This document shows, one piece after another, positions 1-8,474 of a stretch of DNA of 64,000 bases. Source of the DNA: a virus. Taxonomy: Duplodnaviria; Caudoviricetes. The translations under genes and the position numbers were made by a program. The stretch lies in the IMG/VR virus record IMGVR_UViG_3300020371_000002; one strand, written 5' to 3'. Positions within the stretch are counted from its first letter, which is position 1. Each line of letters opens with the position of its first letter. The notes under the pieces were generated by a model. That model saw only the letters and a list, made by a program, of their open reading frames with translations. It did not search any database and had not been told where the DNA came from.

Positions 1-801
1 ATCATACAACTTACTTACGAAGTTAGTATTGGTGATGATATTGATGATCTGTTTTGTAGTGCGAGCACAAACAAGAACCTGATCCTTCTTATCTTCCTTG
101 ATAGTCTGATGCAGATAGTCAGCATCACGTTGCCAGTTGTTCTTATCCTTAGAGAGAGGCAACTGGCGGACATTAACTTTAGGTGGCAGAATATAACCAC
201 CATCAACAAGTTCAGGAGCAGGCACTTGACAGATCACCTTACCATATACACTAACATCATTCATCCCTGCCTTTTTAGGTGTGAGAGACCACTTAGGTGT
301 TGCAGTGAAGAAGTAACAACGGATGTGATTCAGTTGGGCAAAGTGTTTAGTTGCAACATGAAAGTTCTTTGCAACAGAGTTATGTGCCTCATCGAAGTAA
401 ATGTTATTCACTTCAATATCTGCCTCTACCAGGCGATGCAAACTGTGGTAGGTAGTGAAGATAATGCAGTTCTCACCTGCCGTACGGGCAGTGTTAGCGA
501 ACAAGTGAATCTTCTCTGGTTTAGTAGTACCGTAGTAAGAAGTCTTACCACTATGTACATGCATCACATGAGTGTGAGTGGTATCAATAACCTCAAGAAA
601 CTCTTCACAGAGTTGTTCAGCGAGGAGAATACGAGGGGCGACAACAACAATAGTCTGACCACGTTTCTTTGTTTCGAGAGTAAAAGAAACGTCCTCGATC
701 ATACACATTGTTTTGCCACCACCAGTAGGAACAATGATCTGTCCCTTCTGATTATCCCACATCGCATTGATGGCACGGATTTGGTGGGGACGGAGGTTCA
801 T
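1..801 (-). CDS. SF2 (DEAD/ResIII-like) helicase, N-terminal part; runs off the window
   Basis: Read manually: MNLRPHQIRAINAMWDNQKGQIIVPTGGGKTMCM (Q motif + Walker A), then VVVAPRILLAEQL (motif Ia). Absent from the track because it has no stop inside the window. Confidence 0.85.
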   Translation of the reverse strand, partial: MNLRPHQIRAINAMWDNQKGQIIVPTGGGKTMCMIEDVSFTLETKKRGQTIVVVAPRILLAEQLCEEFLEVIDTTHTHVMHVHSGKTSYYGTTKPEKIHLFANTARTAGENCIIFTTYHSLHRLVEADIEVNNIYFDEAHNSVAKNFHVATKHFAQLNHIRCYFFTATPKWSLTPKKAGMNDVSVYGKVICQVPAPELVDGGYILPPKVNVRQLPLSKDKNNWQRDADYLHQTIKEDKKDQVLVCARTTKQIINIITNTNFVSKLYD

Positions 802-822
802 TGATTAACTGTCAATATAGTA

Positions 823-880
823 ATAATACAAAAAAAGAGGGGTCATGGCGACCCCTCTGTGCCAGTTATTGGACTGGACT
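823..880 (-). promoter_or_regulatory. sigma70-like early promoter (TCGCCA-17-TATTAT) overlapping a terminator hairpin, with upstream dyad
   Basis: -10 at 823-828, -35 at 846-851; hairpin GAGGGGTC/GACCCCTC 837-857 followed by a T-run on minus; dyad CAGT-N6-ACTG. Confidence 0.55.
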
Positions 881-1126
881 ACCGAACTCCCTCTGGTACG
901 CTGTGACCACATAATCACGGTACTTCTTGAAGAAAGGGAGCAAAGAGTCGTATGCCTTTTTAATATCCTCACCCAATTTGCCAACCTCATAGGTGTGAAT
1001 GTTCCAGCGGATTTTGATGTCCCTGATATATTCTTGGCGGGTGATGATAGGAGTCATCGGGCGAAGTTCCTCAACTTTAATGACTGGGAGGTCAGTTGAT
1101 TTCCTCTTCCGAGAAGTCATAGACAT
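866..1126 (-). CDS. hypothetical early protein
   Basis: ORF track; start reassigned to MSMTSRK, downstream of the promoter at 1146-1174. Confidence 0.7.
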   Translation of the reverse strand: MSMTSRKRKSTDLPVIKVEELRPMTPIITRQEYIRDIKIRWNIHTYEVGKLGEDIKKAYDSLLPFFKKYRDYVVTAYQREFGSPVQ

Positions 1127-1145
1127 GAATCGAATGTACCCCAGT

Positions 1146-1200
1146 AGGATAGTCAATAAAAAACCCTCTGTCAACAGAGGGTGTTACACTTTTAGAACTG
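1146..1200 (-). promoter_or_regulatory. sigma70-like early promoter TTGACA-17-TATCCT inside a terminator hairpin
   Basis: -35 at 1169-1174 sits at the apex of ACCCTCTG/CAGAGGGT, followed by a T-run; -10 at 1146-1151. Confidence 0.7.
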
Positions 1201-1353
1201 GTTCAGCATCTTGAGAGTCTCGGGATCGAACTCCTCACGAATCCCTGCGCCAGGCAACCAATCCTCGGGACCAGTCTCCATCATCTCAGCATACAGTTCA
1301 TCATAATCGCGATACTCCGAATCGAAGGCATCGTCACGATCGAACTCATTCAT
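1192..1353 (-). CDS. 53-aa highly acidic early peptide (not in track)
   Basis: MNEFDRDDAFDSEYRDYDELYAEMMETGPEDWLPGAGIREEFDPETLKMLNQF; has its own promoter upstream. Confidence 0.7.
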   Translation of the reverse strand: MNEFDRDDAFDSEYRDYDELYAEMMETGPEDWLPGAGIREEFDPETLKMLNQF

Positions 1354-1379
1354 GTGTCTTATGTGTGTTGAACAATGTC

Positions 1380-1437
1380 AATATAGGATCAACCCATCAC
1401 TTAGGCAATGGGGTTGTGACAGTTATCCGAGTGGTGC
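1380..1437 (-). promoter_or_regulatory. sigma70-like early promoter TTGCCT-17-TATATT with upstream dyad
   Basis: -10 at 1380-1385, -35 at 1403-1408; imperfect inverted repeat around the -35. Confidence 0.65.
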
Positions 1438-1785
1438 AACTGCTGGATCCAGAGGCACGCCACCGTGTCCCATATCAAAACGAGACTCAGCACGGAGAGA
1501 TTCCAGTTCTTGACGGAGATCTCTAATTTCTTTCTCTACTTCTGCTGTAGTTTTTACCACGTTAGTCAGTGTTTGTTGGTATCCGATTGCCTGTACCAAT
1601 AATTTCTCAAGGGCACACAATCTACCATCAAGATTGCCCAATGTTTGTGACATGATCTTGACTTGTTTATTCAAACGATCCAGTCTTTGTGGACCATCTT
1701 CACCCTTGCCTGCAAATGTCTGTCCCTGTTCAGCAACAGTAGGCATCTTTGGTGGTTCTGGTTTTGTTGGCACGTTGTCAGTCAT
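1423..1785 (-). CDS. hypothetical coiled-coil protein
   Basis: ORF track; heptad pattern; late promoter ATAAATA at 1807-1813. Confidence 0.7.
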   Translation of the reverse strand: MTDNVPTKPEPPKMPTVAEQGQTFAGKGEDGPQRLDRLNKQVKIMSQTLGNLDGRLCALEKLLVQAIGYQQTLTNVVKTTAEVEKEIRDLRQELESLRAESRFDMGHGGVPLDPAVAPLG

Positions 1786-1817
1786 AGTTAAAAACTCTAG
1801 TCGTTTTATTTATTATT

Positions 1818-2192
1818 TTAATTCCAAGGTCCAGTCTTGGCGAGAGCGACGGTAAACCACACCACACCACCAACAATAACTCCAATACCAAATGCTGGCA
1901 CAGCAACCATCACATATAATGCGGGGAGAATAACTAGGTATCCCACAATGTTCCCAAGAACATCACTGAGACCAAGAAGTAAAGGACTGGATGTGGATTT
2001 TACTGGTGCTACATCCGATGCAGTTGATGGATCAACGTAGGGAACTGTAGGGTTGCAATTAACAACCTCTGAGGCACCGTAGGCACCCTTTGCCTGGGCG
2101 ATTGCGTCTCCTCTCCAAGAACTAGGGGATTCGAACTCAACCCTCTCCAGGCGTCCGCCTGCGGTCTTTATAAGGGCGTTCCACAATTTCAT
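1818..2192 (-). CDS. hypothetical membrane protein
   Basis: C-terminal hydrophobic segments. Confidence 0.65.
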   Translation of the reverse strand: MKLWNALIKTAGGRLERVEFESPSSWRGDAIAQAKGAYGASEVVNCNPTVPYVDPSTASDVAPVKSTSSPLLLGLSDVLGNIVGYLVILPALYVMVAVPAFGIGVIVGGVVWFTVALAKTGPWN

Positions 2193-2221
2193 GGTGTTCT
2201 TGTCTCTATGTCCAGTATTAC

Positions 2222-2962
2222 CTAATATACGTCCCTTGGCAACCCATCTTGCGGAAATACATTTGGAGTATCCCAGAGTTTACCCTCTGCCCACTTATCG
2301 GCGGAAATTTTCCTCTCTTCTGGCGTGAGGTTAGTGACTCTCCACCCATAATCACCATTAGAAATGACCGTAGGAGTCAAGTTCATAGCAACTGTCACAC
2401 GATTGGGATGAGTGTTAGGTTTGAATCCATGTAATACATGAGACTCCCACATAAACAAACATCCCTCTTGACCAGTAACACAATCGAATTGATTATATTT
2501 TGTCTCCCTATCATGCACCATCTGAATTAGTGGTGATGAAGGATATGCCGCCAATCCTAATTTTGGTCTTGCAGCAAAATATGTGTCGGCATGTTTTCCT
2601 GTATCAAAATTTACATAGTAAACACACGATATGGTTGCGTTAGCATGATAGTGTGGTTCTTGCCATCCATTTTCTTGGCATATATTAATCCAACTATCCG
2701 TAACCTGCATATTTTCAGGTAGATAATATCCGAGTGTATTGACTACAAAGTCCTCAGCACATTGTTCTACCCATGCTTTAAAACGAGAAAACTTATCATC
2801 GGAGAGAACAGAGTAGTGATCTATATGTGTTAGACCCTCAGATAGTGGGTTCTTATGTCCATCATGCTTTTCAATCTCCTCTAAGAAGAGTGACTTAACT
2901 CTATCATGAAATGGACACTCCGAAATGTAAATTGGAGTGGGTGCAATGTCAATTACAGGCAT
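2222..2962 (-). CDS. putative 2OG-Fe(II) oxygenase (TIGR02466-like)
   Basis: EPHYHANATISCVYY...FMWESHVLHGF...RVTVAMN; start likely MPVIDI, after the hairpin and T-run. Confidence 0.8.
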   Translation of the reverse strand: MPVIDIAPTPIYISECPFHDRVKSLFLEEIEKHDGHKNPLSEGLTHIDHYSVLSDDKFSRFKAWVEQCAEDFVVNTLGYYLPENMQVTDSWINICQENGWQEPHYHANATISCVYYVNFDTGKHADTYFAARPKLGLAAYPSSPLIQMVHDRETKYNQFDCVTGQEGCLFMWESHVLHGFKPNTHPNRVTVAMNLTPTVISNGDYGWRVTNLTPEERKISADKWAEGKLWDTPNVFPQDGLPRDVY

Positions 2963-2996
2963 AAAAAAAGGGGTGGAATGATCCACCCGTATTTAG
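2963..2996 (-). terminator. terminator hairpin with adjacent late promoter CTAAATA
   Basis: GGGTGG/CCACCC stem + T-run on minus; TATTTAG at 2990-2996 on plus. Confidence 0.6.
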
Positions 2997-3003
2997 ATTG
3001 AAA

Positions 3004-4353
3004 TCAAGCGTTCTCGATAGGATTGCGACCCAGTTTCAGGTTATCCTCAGTCTCCTGAATGGCACAGTTCTCATCATCATGTGTACTGCCACCATCAGCG
3101 TGGGGTGTAATGTGTCCACCTTGATAGACACTAGGATCGAAGAGTTTACCCTTCTCGATCTCCTTACCTTCAGGAGTAATCCAGTCCTGACGTACAGCAG
3201 CAACAAACTTCTGTTCCTTCTTGAAAGAACGACGGTTGTCCAGTTGTGTGCAATAGGACTCGGGTTTCCAAGTGCGAGTGATGATCTCACGACGCAACTT
3301 GTTGAAGTTCGCCTCACGAGATCTCATGAGTTCCTTGTAAGTTGCCTCACGTCCGTTGTTGTAACTGTAGGTATCAGAGTCAGTGAGTCGAGCAGCATGG
3401 GTCTTCATGTAATCATCAATGAATCCCTCAGGATTACTGATGTTGAAGTTGTTGTCCTTCAGATCCTTCACAACAGAGAAGAGGTCAAGAACACAGTTCT
3501 TGTTGGGAAGAGCAGAAAGATTGTCACCCATGAATGTGATGAATGACTTGAAATCCGATGCAAACTTGCCAACGAGTTGGTCCTCAGTTGATCCATACTC
3601 ATAAGCAGACCACATGGACTTGTCGGAAACAGTAACACCCAGTCCACGGAAGTAGATGAGAGCAAGTCCAGCGATGAAGTCATCAACCTTACGGCGATTG
3701 ATGTCCTTGGGTGTGAAGAAACACTTCAGTGTGCCTTCGTATGTGGTAGCAAGGTCACGGATAGTATCAGAGAAGTCAGAGATAACAGCGTTACGCTTCT
3801 CAGGACCGTTGAGAGAGATACCATCATTCATACGAATGAAGAGTTGAGAGAGTTGGTTGCGAGTGGCAACACTGATGACCTCAACAGTCACCACAGCATT
3901 CAGGAATGCTTGAAGAACTACGTTAGGGAGATTCTCGTAGGTGTCATTCTGACCCTCGATGATCTCAATAACTTGACCACAGATCTCATAGAAACCTGCC
4001 TGAATACCAAACTCATTGCGAAGAAACTCGGAGAGAGTAGTTACACGGTTGTTGGAATCGATGTTCAGAAAATCAACACCGCGACCCTTCCAGAGTTCAT
4101 AATACTGTTTGTCCGCGGCAATCTTCGAAGTAACCTTGCAAGCGTCTGTAGAGGCAAGGATGAACTTAGAAGGTGCCATACCCAGAATCACTGAAGTGAT
4201 GTATGACTTCTTATTGTCAATCGACCAGCGAACTCGGGATTGGAAAGAGTAATCAGCACGGGTCTTGGGTGCCATTTCTGACAGGAAAGACTCGACCGAA
4301 TACTTGAAGAAATCCGATTGAATCGGAAAGAAAGCATTTGATTTAGTAGGCAT
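3004..4353 (-). CDS. DUF262 (ParB-like) + C-terminal HNH protein, GmrSD/SspE-like architecture
   Basis: FQSRVRW...SYITSVILG, IDSNNRVTTL (DGQQR position), LFIRMNDGISL; C-terminal GHITPHADGGST...N...N. Confidence 0.75.
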   Translation of the reverse strand: MPTKSNAFFPIQSDFFKYSVESFLSEMAPKTRADYSFQSRVRWSIDNKKSYITSVILGMAPSKFILASTDACKVTSKIAADKQYYELWKGRGVDFLNIDSNNRVTTLSEFLRNEFGIQAGFYEICGQVIEIIEGQNDTYENLPNVVLQAFLNAVVTVEVISVATRNQLSQLFIRMNDGISLNGPEKRNAVISDFSDTIRDLATTYEGTLKCFFTPKDINRRKVDDFIAGLALIYFRGLGVTVSDKSMWSAYEYGSTEDQLVGKFASDFKSFITFMGDNLSALPNKNCVLDLFSVVKDLKDNNFNISNPEGFIDDYMKTHAARLTDSDTYSYNNGREATYKELMRSREANFNKLRREIITRTWKPESYCTQLDNRRSFKKEQKFVAAVRQDWITPEGKEIEKGKLFDPSVYQGGHITPHADGGSTHDDENCAIQETEDNLKLGRNPIENA

Positions 4354-4433
4354 TGTACCTTTTTTAGTAGAACTAGGGGGTGTGACTTAGAGCAACCTAT
4401 AGAGGTCGGTCATCCATCAACAATACCAATATA

Positions 4434-4619
4434 TCAGGTCTTAGATTCGGTGGCAACCTCAGCATCAGCAGTAATCTGTTCCTCCAAAACCGTGATGGCA
4501 CCTTCGATCCTGAGAAACTCTTCTTTCTTCTTATTAAATTCTTTTTCCATTGCTAACAACTCATCACGCAGTTTGAGTGCATTTTCTACTAAAGTCTGGT
4601 GTCGTTTTTTAATGTCCAT
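4434..4619 (-). CDS. small coiled-coil hypothetical protein
   Basis: ORF track; amphipathic heptads. Confidence 0.65.
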   Translation of the reverse strand: MDIKKRHQTLVENALKLRDELLAMEKEFNKKKEEFLRIEGAITVLEEQITADAEVATESKT

Positions 4620-4645
4620 GATTAGTCAGTAATCCCCAGTATATA

Positions 4646-4653
4646 GATAAATA
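4646..4653 (+). promoter_or_regulatory. T4-type late promoter GATAAATA
   Basis: about 25 nt upstream of the + strand adhesin gene. Confidence 0.65.
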
Positions 4654-4678
4654 AGGATAGGAGTCATATTGTACCATA

Positions 4679-5842
4679 ATGACTGAATTAAATCAATCAG
4701 TATTAAGAGAACTGGCAACTTCAGCAAGAGCAGATATTATTGCGGTTCCTGAGGAAGGTCAAAGAATTGAGTGTGTAATCAATTCGGATACGATTGCTGA
4801 AGGCGATGGAATGGTCATGAGTGATGATGGATCATTAGTACCATCTGGAATTATTGGTAGTGGTCAGATCTCGAAATCAACTGATAACTTATTTTCGAGT
4901 GGATCCATCTCCATGGGTCAACTCAATAGCACATTCGGTGCGAGTAATTTAGGGAGTCTGTATAGAGGAAATAGGGTTCCCGACTGTCAATATAATAATA
5001 GTGTTCCTTCTGGTGGAACCATCAAATTCAGTGATTTTAGAGGAACTACTAAAACTATCTACGCTCAATGTAATGGTAACTTCAACCATTTACAGGCAAG
5101 ATGGGAAATCTTTGGAGATCAAGACTGGACTTCTGCAGCAGATAAAAGAATTACTTTTACTGGTCACTGTGGTTCCAGCGATTCTAATCCAGGCATGAGA
5201 ATTAATAACAGTGGTGCCTTATATGGTAATACTGTAGAGATGGTAACAGCAGGATCACCAAGCATTATCGGTAAAGGTGGAAATGCTGGTCAAGGTGGCA
5301 ATCAGGCGATGCATATTGCTACACCAATTAAGATTCCTGGCGGTTTCTGGAATGGAAGTGTTTATGGAGGCGGTGGCGGTGGCGGCACTGGCGGCAACGG
5401 AGGTCGTGGCGGCAACGGTCAACACGGCGGCAAAAAAAGATGTAATGGTTGGTTCTGTAATGGTTCTAAAAGAGAATGCCGTGGTGATGGTGGAAACGGT
5501 GGCAATGGCGGCAATGGCGGCGGAGGCGGAAGAGGAGCAGGTTTTATTTGGAACGGATCCTCTTGGGTGAACTCTCAGACAGGCGGCAGTGGCGGCAACA
5601 GTGGTAACTCTGGAAACGGTAGAGCAGGCAACGGTGGCAATGGCGGTAATGGCGGCGGAGGCGGCGGTTACCAGTCCACTGGCGGATCAGGCGGCGGTGG
5701 AAACAGAGGAAACCGTGGCGGCAATGGAGAGTCAGGTTGCGGCGGTGGTCCCAACAATGGAAATAATGGAAACGGTGGAGGCGGCGGCGCAGGTGGCGGT
5801 CCTAAAGCAAACTTCTCACACAATGGTTATCGTTACGGTTAA
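4679..5842 (+). CDS. glycine-rich tail-fibre tip adhesin (T-even gp38-like)
   Basis: LGSLYRG...VPSGGTIKFSDFRG N-terminal motif and repeated GGxGGxGG tracts separated by variable loops. Confidence 0.7.
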   Translation: MTELNQSVLRELATSARADIIAVPEEGQRIECVINSDTIAEGDGMVMSDDGSLVPSGIIGSGQISKSTDNLFSSGSISMGQLNSTFGASNLGSLYRGNRVPDCQYNNSVPSGGTIKFSDFRGTTKTIYAQCNGNFNHLQARWEIFGDQDWTSAADKRITFTGHCGSSDSNPGMRINNSGALYGNTVEMVTAGSPSIIGKGGNAGQGGNQAMHIATPIKIPGGFWNGSVYGGGGGGGTGGNGGRGGNGQHGGKKRCNGWFCNGSKRECRGDGGNGGNGGNGGGGGRGAGFIWNGSSWVNSQTGGSGGNSGNSGNGRAGNGGNGGNGGGGGGYQSTGGSGGGGNRGNRGGNGESGCGGGPNNGNNGNGGGGGAGGGPKANFSHNGYRYG

Positions 5843-6925
5843 TTAACTAGGTTCTCTTCCATTAACATTACCTACAAAAGCATATGCCAGGCGGAAGGTA
5901 TTACCTTCATGTCTGGTATTTACTTTATGTACGGCAAATACATTTTGTGTGTACTGACTATCTTCCCATCTATCTAATTCTGCTTTCCAATTATCTGGGA
6001 ACCAAAAATTATTATCAAACTGCTCGTTGAGAAGTCTCATGGCAGAAATATGATCGTTTTTATATGAAGAAAACTTTTCAAAGTTATCAGTCGCTTGTGT
6101 GCCTAAAGGTGCATCTCTCTTTCTTGTAGGCATCAAAGACTGACCAAAATTCTTCTCTACTCCTTCTGGTCCAAAAGTAATATCAATTAAACAATTAACA
6201 TTATCAGTATTATATGTTTGCTCCAATAATTCTAAGGTACTCTTACAATTATTATAAAACTTTGTTCTATTACTTTTTCCCATTTTTTCCACAATCTTCA
6301 AGATATTCTCTTGATTATCATGTGACTTATATAAGTGTATCTCTACACTATTAGTCTTCTTTTTGAAGATCATATAATTGAGGGCAAGATCAAAATCGCC
6401 TTCCGTTGCAGGACTTAGACTATCAATATCATTTAATATATCAAGTAAATCTCCAGTGTCATTATTGCCAGTGAGTTCACCTACAAAATCACAGATATAT
6501 TTACGACTAGCAGAGAACATAGGGAATGTATCAAAATCCAAATGTTCTTCAATAATCTCTGTAGGATTCTCTGGATCAAATACTAATACTCTACTACCCA
6601 TATAATAATTCAGGATGGGATTTCTATATACATGATTACTACCCCACAAGTTATACTCACCTGTGCCAGAACTGGCGTTAAAGAAGAACCCATATGTACT
6701 CTTCACCTCAACATCTTTTAATCCATTAATAGGATCTTGTTTATATTCTCTAATAAAAACCGCTCCACTATCTCTTCTCTTAGATCCATTCTCTTCCCAA
6801 GACTTACTAAAGAGACTAGGATTAGCATCAACAATCTTACGGATATTATCTACATCCACACCACTAACAAGATGGGGATAAGTCTTAGAGTCTGTTAATC
6901 TCTGGAGTGATTCAAGATCTACCAT
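5843..6925 (-). CDS. hypothetical protein (360 aa)
   Basis: long ORF, no recognised motif. Confidence 0.7.
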   Translation of the reverse strand: MVDLESLQRLTDSKTYPHLVSGVDVDNIRKIVDANPSLFSKSWEENGSKRRDSGAVFIREYKQDPINGLKDVEVKSTYGFFFNASSGTGEYNLWGSNHVYRNPILNYYMGSRVLVFDPENPTEIIEEHLDFDTFPMFSASRKYICDFVGELTGNNDTGDLLDILNDIDSLSPATEGDFDLALNYMIFKKKTNSVEIHLYKSHDNQENILKIVEKMGKSNRTKFYNNCKSTLELLEQTYNTDNVNCLIDITFGPEGVEKNFGQSLMPTRKRDAPLGTQATDNFEKFSSYKNDHISAMRLLNEQFDNNFWFPDNWKAELDRWEDSQYTQNVFAVHKVNTRHEGNTFRLAYAFVGNVNGREPS

Positions 6926-7473
6926 TGTTCTCCCTTATCGTAAGCAAACCATACAACTACTGAGTATCTAGTTCCCGAAGTTACTTTTGTAACTTCATGT
7001 GGATATACTAGAGAACTAGGATAAACATGTATGGAGTTTTTGTGTTTATCTAGTTTGTGTTCTCTCCAGAATAACATGTCACCGCCTTCATAATCATCAT
7101 TTATTTGAAAAGATGCGGTAACTGAGGCAGCATCCGCATCTGTATCTGTATGATATGAGAGATACCCGCCTTCTGGATACTTACACAACCAGTATCCACT
7201 ATATTTATCGAAGACATCATCACTTGGTAGACACCAACGATAACTTTCAATGATTTTAGGCATTACTCTTCTGAATGCCGCGTCCACAATATCAAATACT
7301 TCACCCTCTTTGAGATCTACCTGTTGCCTATGACCATGAAGATCGTAGAAGGCATCTTCACCAATCTCTTCAAAATCTGGAAACTCAAAGTCTTCGAGTA
7401 GTTTCAATAAACGAAAGTATTCATCAGCATCCAGTACATCACAGTATTCATGAATGTGATCTGATAACATCAT
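6919..7473 (-). CDS. 2OG-Fe(II) oxygenase (prolyl-4-hydroxylase-like)
   Basis: YHTD...YEGG...YPHEV...GTRYSVVVW. Confidence 0.9.
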   Translation of the reverse strand: MMLSDHIHEYCDVLDADEYFRLLKLLEDFEFPDFEEIGEDAFYDLHGHRQQVDLKEGEVFDIVDAAFRRVMPKIIESYRWCLPSDDVFDKYSGYWLCKYPEGGYLSYHTDTDADAASVTASFQINDDYEGGDMLFWREHKLDKHKNSIHVYPSSLVYPHEVTKVTSGTRYSVVVWFAYDKGEQW

Positions 7474-8231
7474 ATGAAATAATCCTTTTCCACAAAACCA
7501 GAGACTGTGACCCTAGGATTTGTATCATACTCACCTGCACTAAACTTAGCAGAGTGCCAAAGATAAGAGGGATATAATACCAATCTATTCTTCTTCATCG
7601 GAACTTCATGTATTTCTTTCCAACATGGTTCAATACTATTAGAATCAAATACAACTGGTTCCTCTGACTTCTCTAAGAAATCATATTCCCATTCCTTGTA
7701 ATTCCAGTATGGTTCTTCTCTCTTAAATTTACTAAACACATGTTCCATGTTAATACAACCACCAGTTTCATGTGAATAGAATGCTGTTCCATCATCATTA
7801 CCAGAATCGGAACCATCATGAAGATAAAGAACAAAGGCAAACATAGAAGGATCCACATGAGGTTGGATATACTTTCTTGGATGTTCTATGTTTGAATAAA
7901 GAACATTTAATTGGAAAGCAAACCTCAAATCTTCTGGATTTGGAACTTCAAAATCACTAAACTCATTGATGAAAAATCCTACAGTCTTTCTAATCTCGGG
8001 AAGAAAGAGAGAAAGAGGTCTAGAAAAGCCTGGGATATTAGTATTCTGATCGTAATTTCTATTGCCTTCTACGGGCACATTGGTGATGAATGTATCAATA
8101 AAACCATCAATATCCTCAAGCACATCGTCAACAACAATGACGGGATGATTCTTATCTGGACCAATCCTAAGAGACAAATAAGTCAACTCATCATTGACTT
8201 TGACACTACCAGTGTCAGTGACATTTACCAT
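7470..8231 (-). CDS. DUF6445-like 2OG-Fe(II) oxygenase
   Basis: VIVVDD...PHVD...VLYL...GTAFY...KNRLVLYPSYLWHS; late promoter at 8250-8256. Confidence 0.75.
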   Translation of the reverse strand: MVNVTDTGSVKVNDELTYLSLRIGPDKNHPVIVVDDVLEDIDGFIDTFITNVPVEGNRNYDQNTNIPGFSRPLSLFLPEIRKTVGFFINEFSDFEVPNPEDLRFAFQLNVLYSNIEHPRKYIQPHVDPSMFAFVLYLHDGSDSGNDDGTAFYSHETGGCINMEHVFSKFKREEPYWNYKEWEYDFLEKSEEPVVFDSNSIEPCWKEIHEVPMKKNRLVLYPSYLWHSAKFSAGEYDTNPRVTVSGFVEKDYFI

Positions 8232-8255
8232 GACAAACTCATTTTTTTGTATTTA

Positions 8256-8474
8256 TTACTCGAAATCTCCTAGCATTTTACACTCAAGAATCGTCTTGTA
8301 GAGATGCATTTGGAGATCTTCTAGTCTTTCATCTAGACCATCTCTATCACGATCTTCATCTGCCTTCAAAACCTCTAAGTGTTTGGTTACTGATCTATAA
8401 AGTAGGCAGATGTCATCTAAATCAAAATCAATTATAAAGTCGGGTTGCTGTCGATCACCATCCTCATTCAGCAT
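8256..8474 (-). CDS. hypothetical protein
   Basis: ORF overlaps the fibre stop by 11 nt. Confidence 0.65.
   Translation of the reverse strand: MLNEDGDRQQPDFIIDFDLDDICLLYRSVTKHLEVLKADEDRDRDGLDERLEDLQMHLYKTILECKMLGDFE

Noticed and set aside
109-804. 231-aa + strand ORF
   Set aside because: Antisense shadow of the minus-strand helicase, which has real motifs
2998-4194. Long + strand ORFs opposite the DUF262-HNH gene
   Set aside because: Shadows produced by biased codon usage; no motifs or promoter
5340-5800. GGC-rich repeats as a CRISPR, DGR or tandem-repeat element
   Set aside because: Explained by polyglycine coding; no repeat-spacer structure, no template/variable pair and no reverse transcriptase in the window
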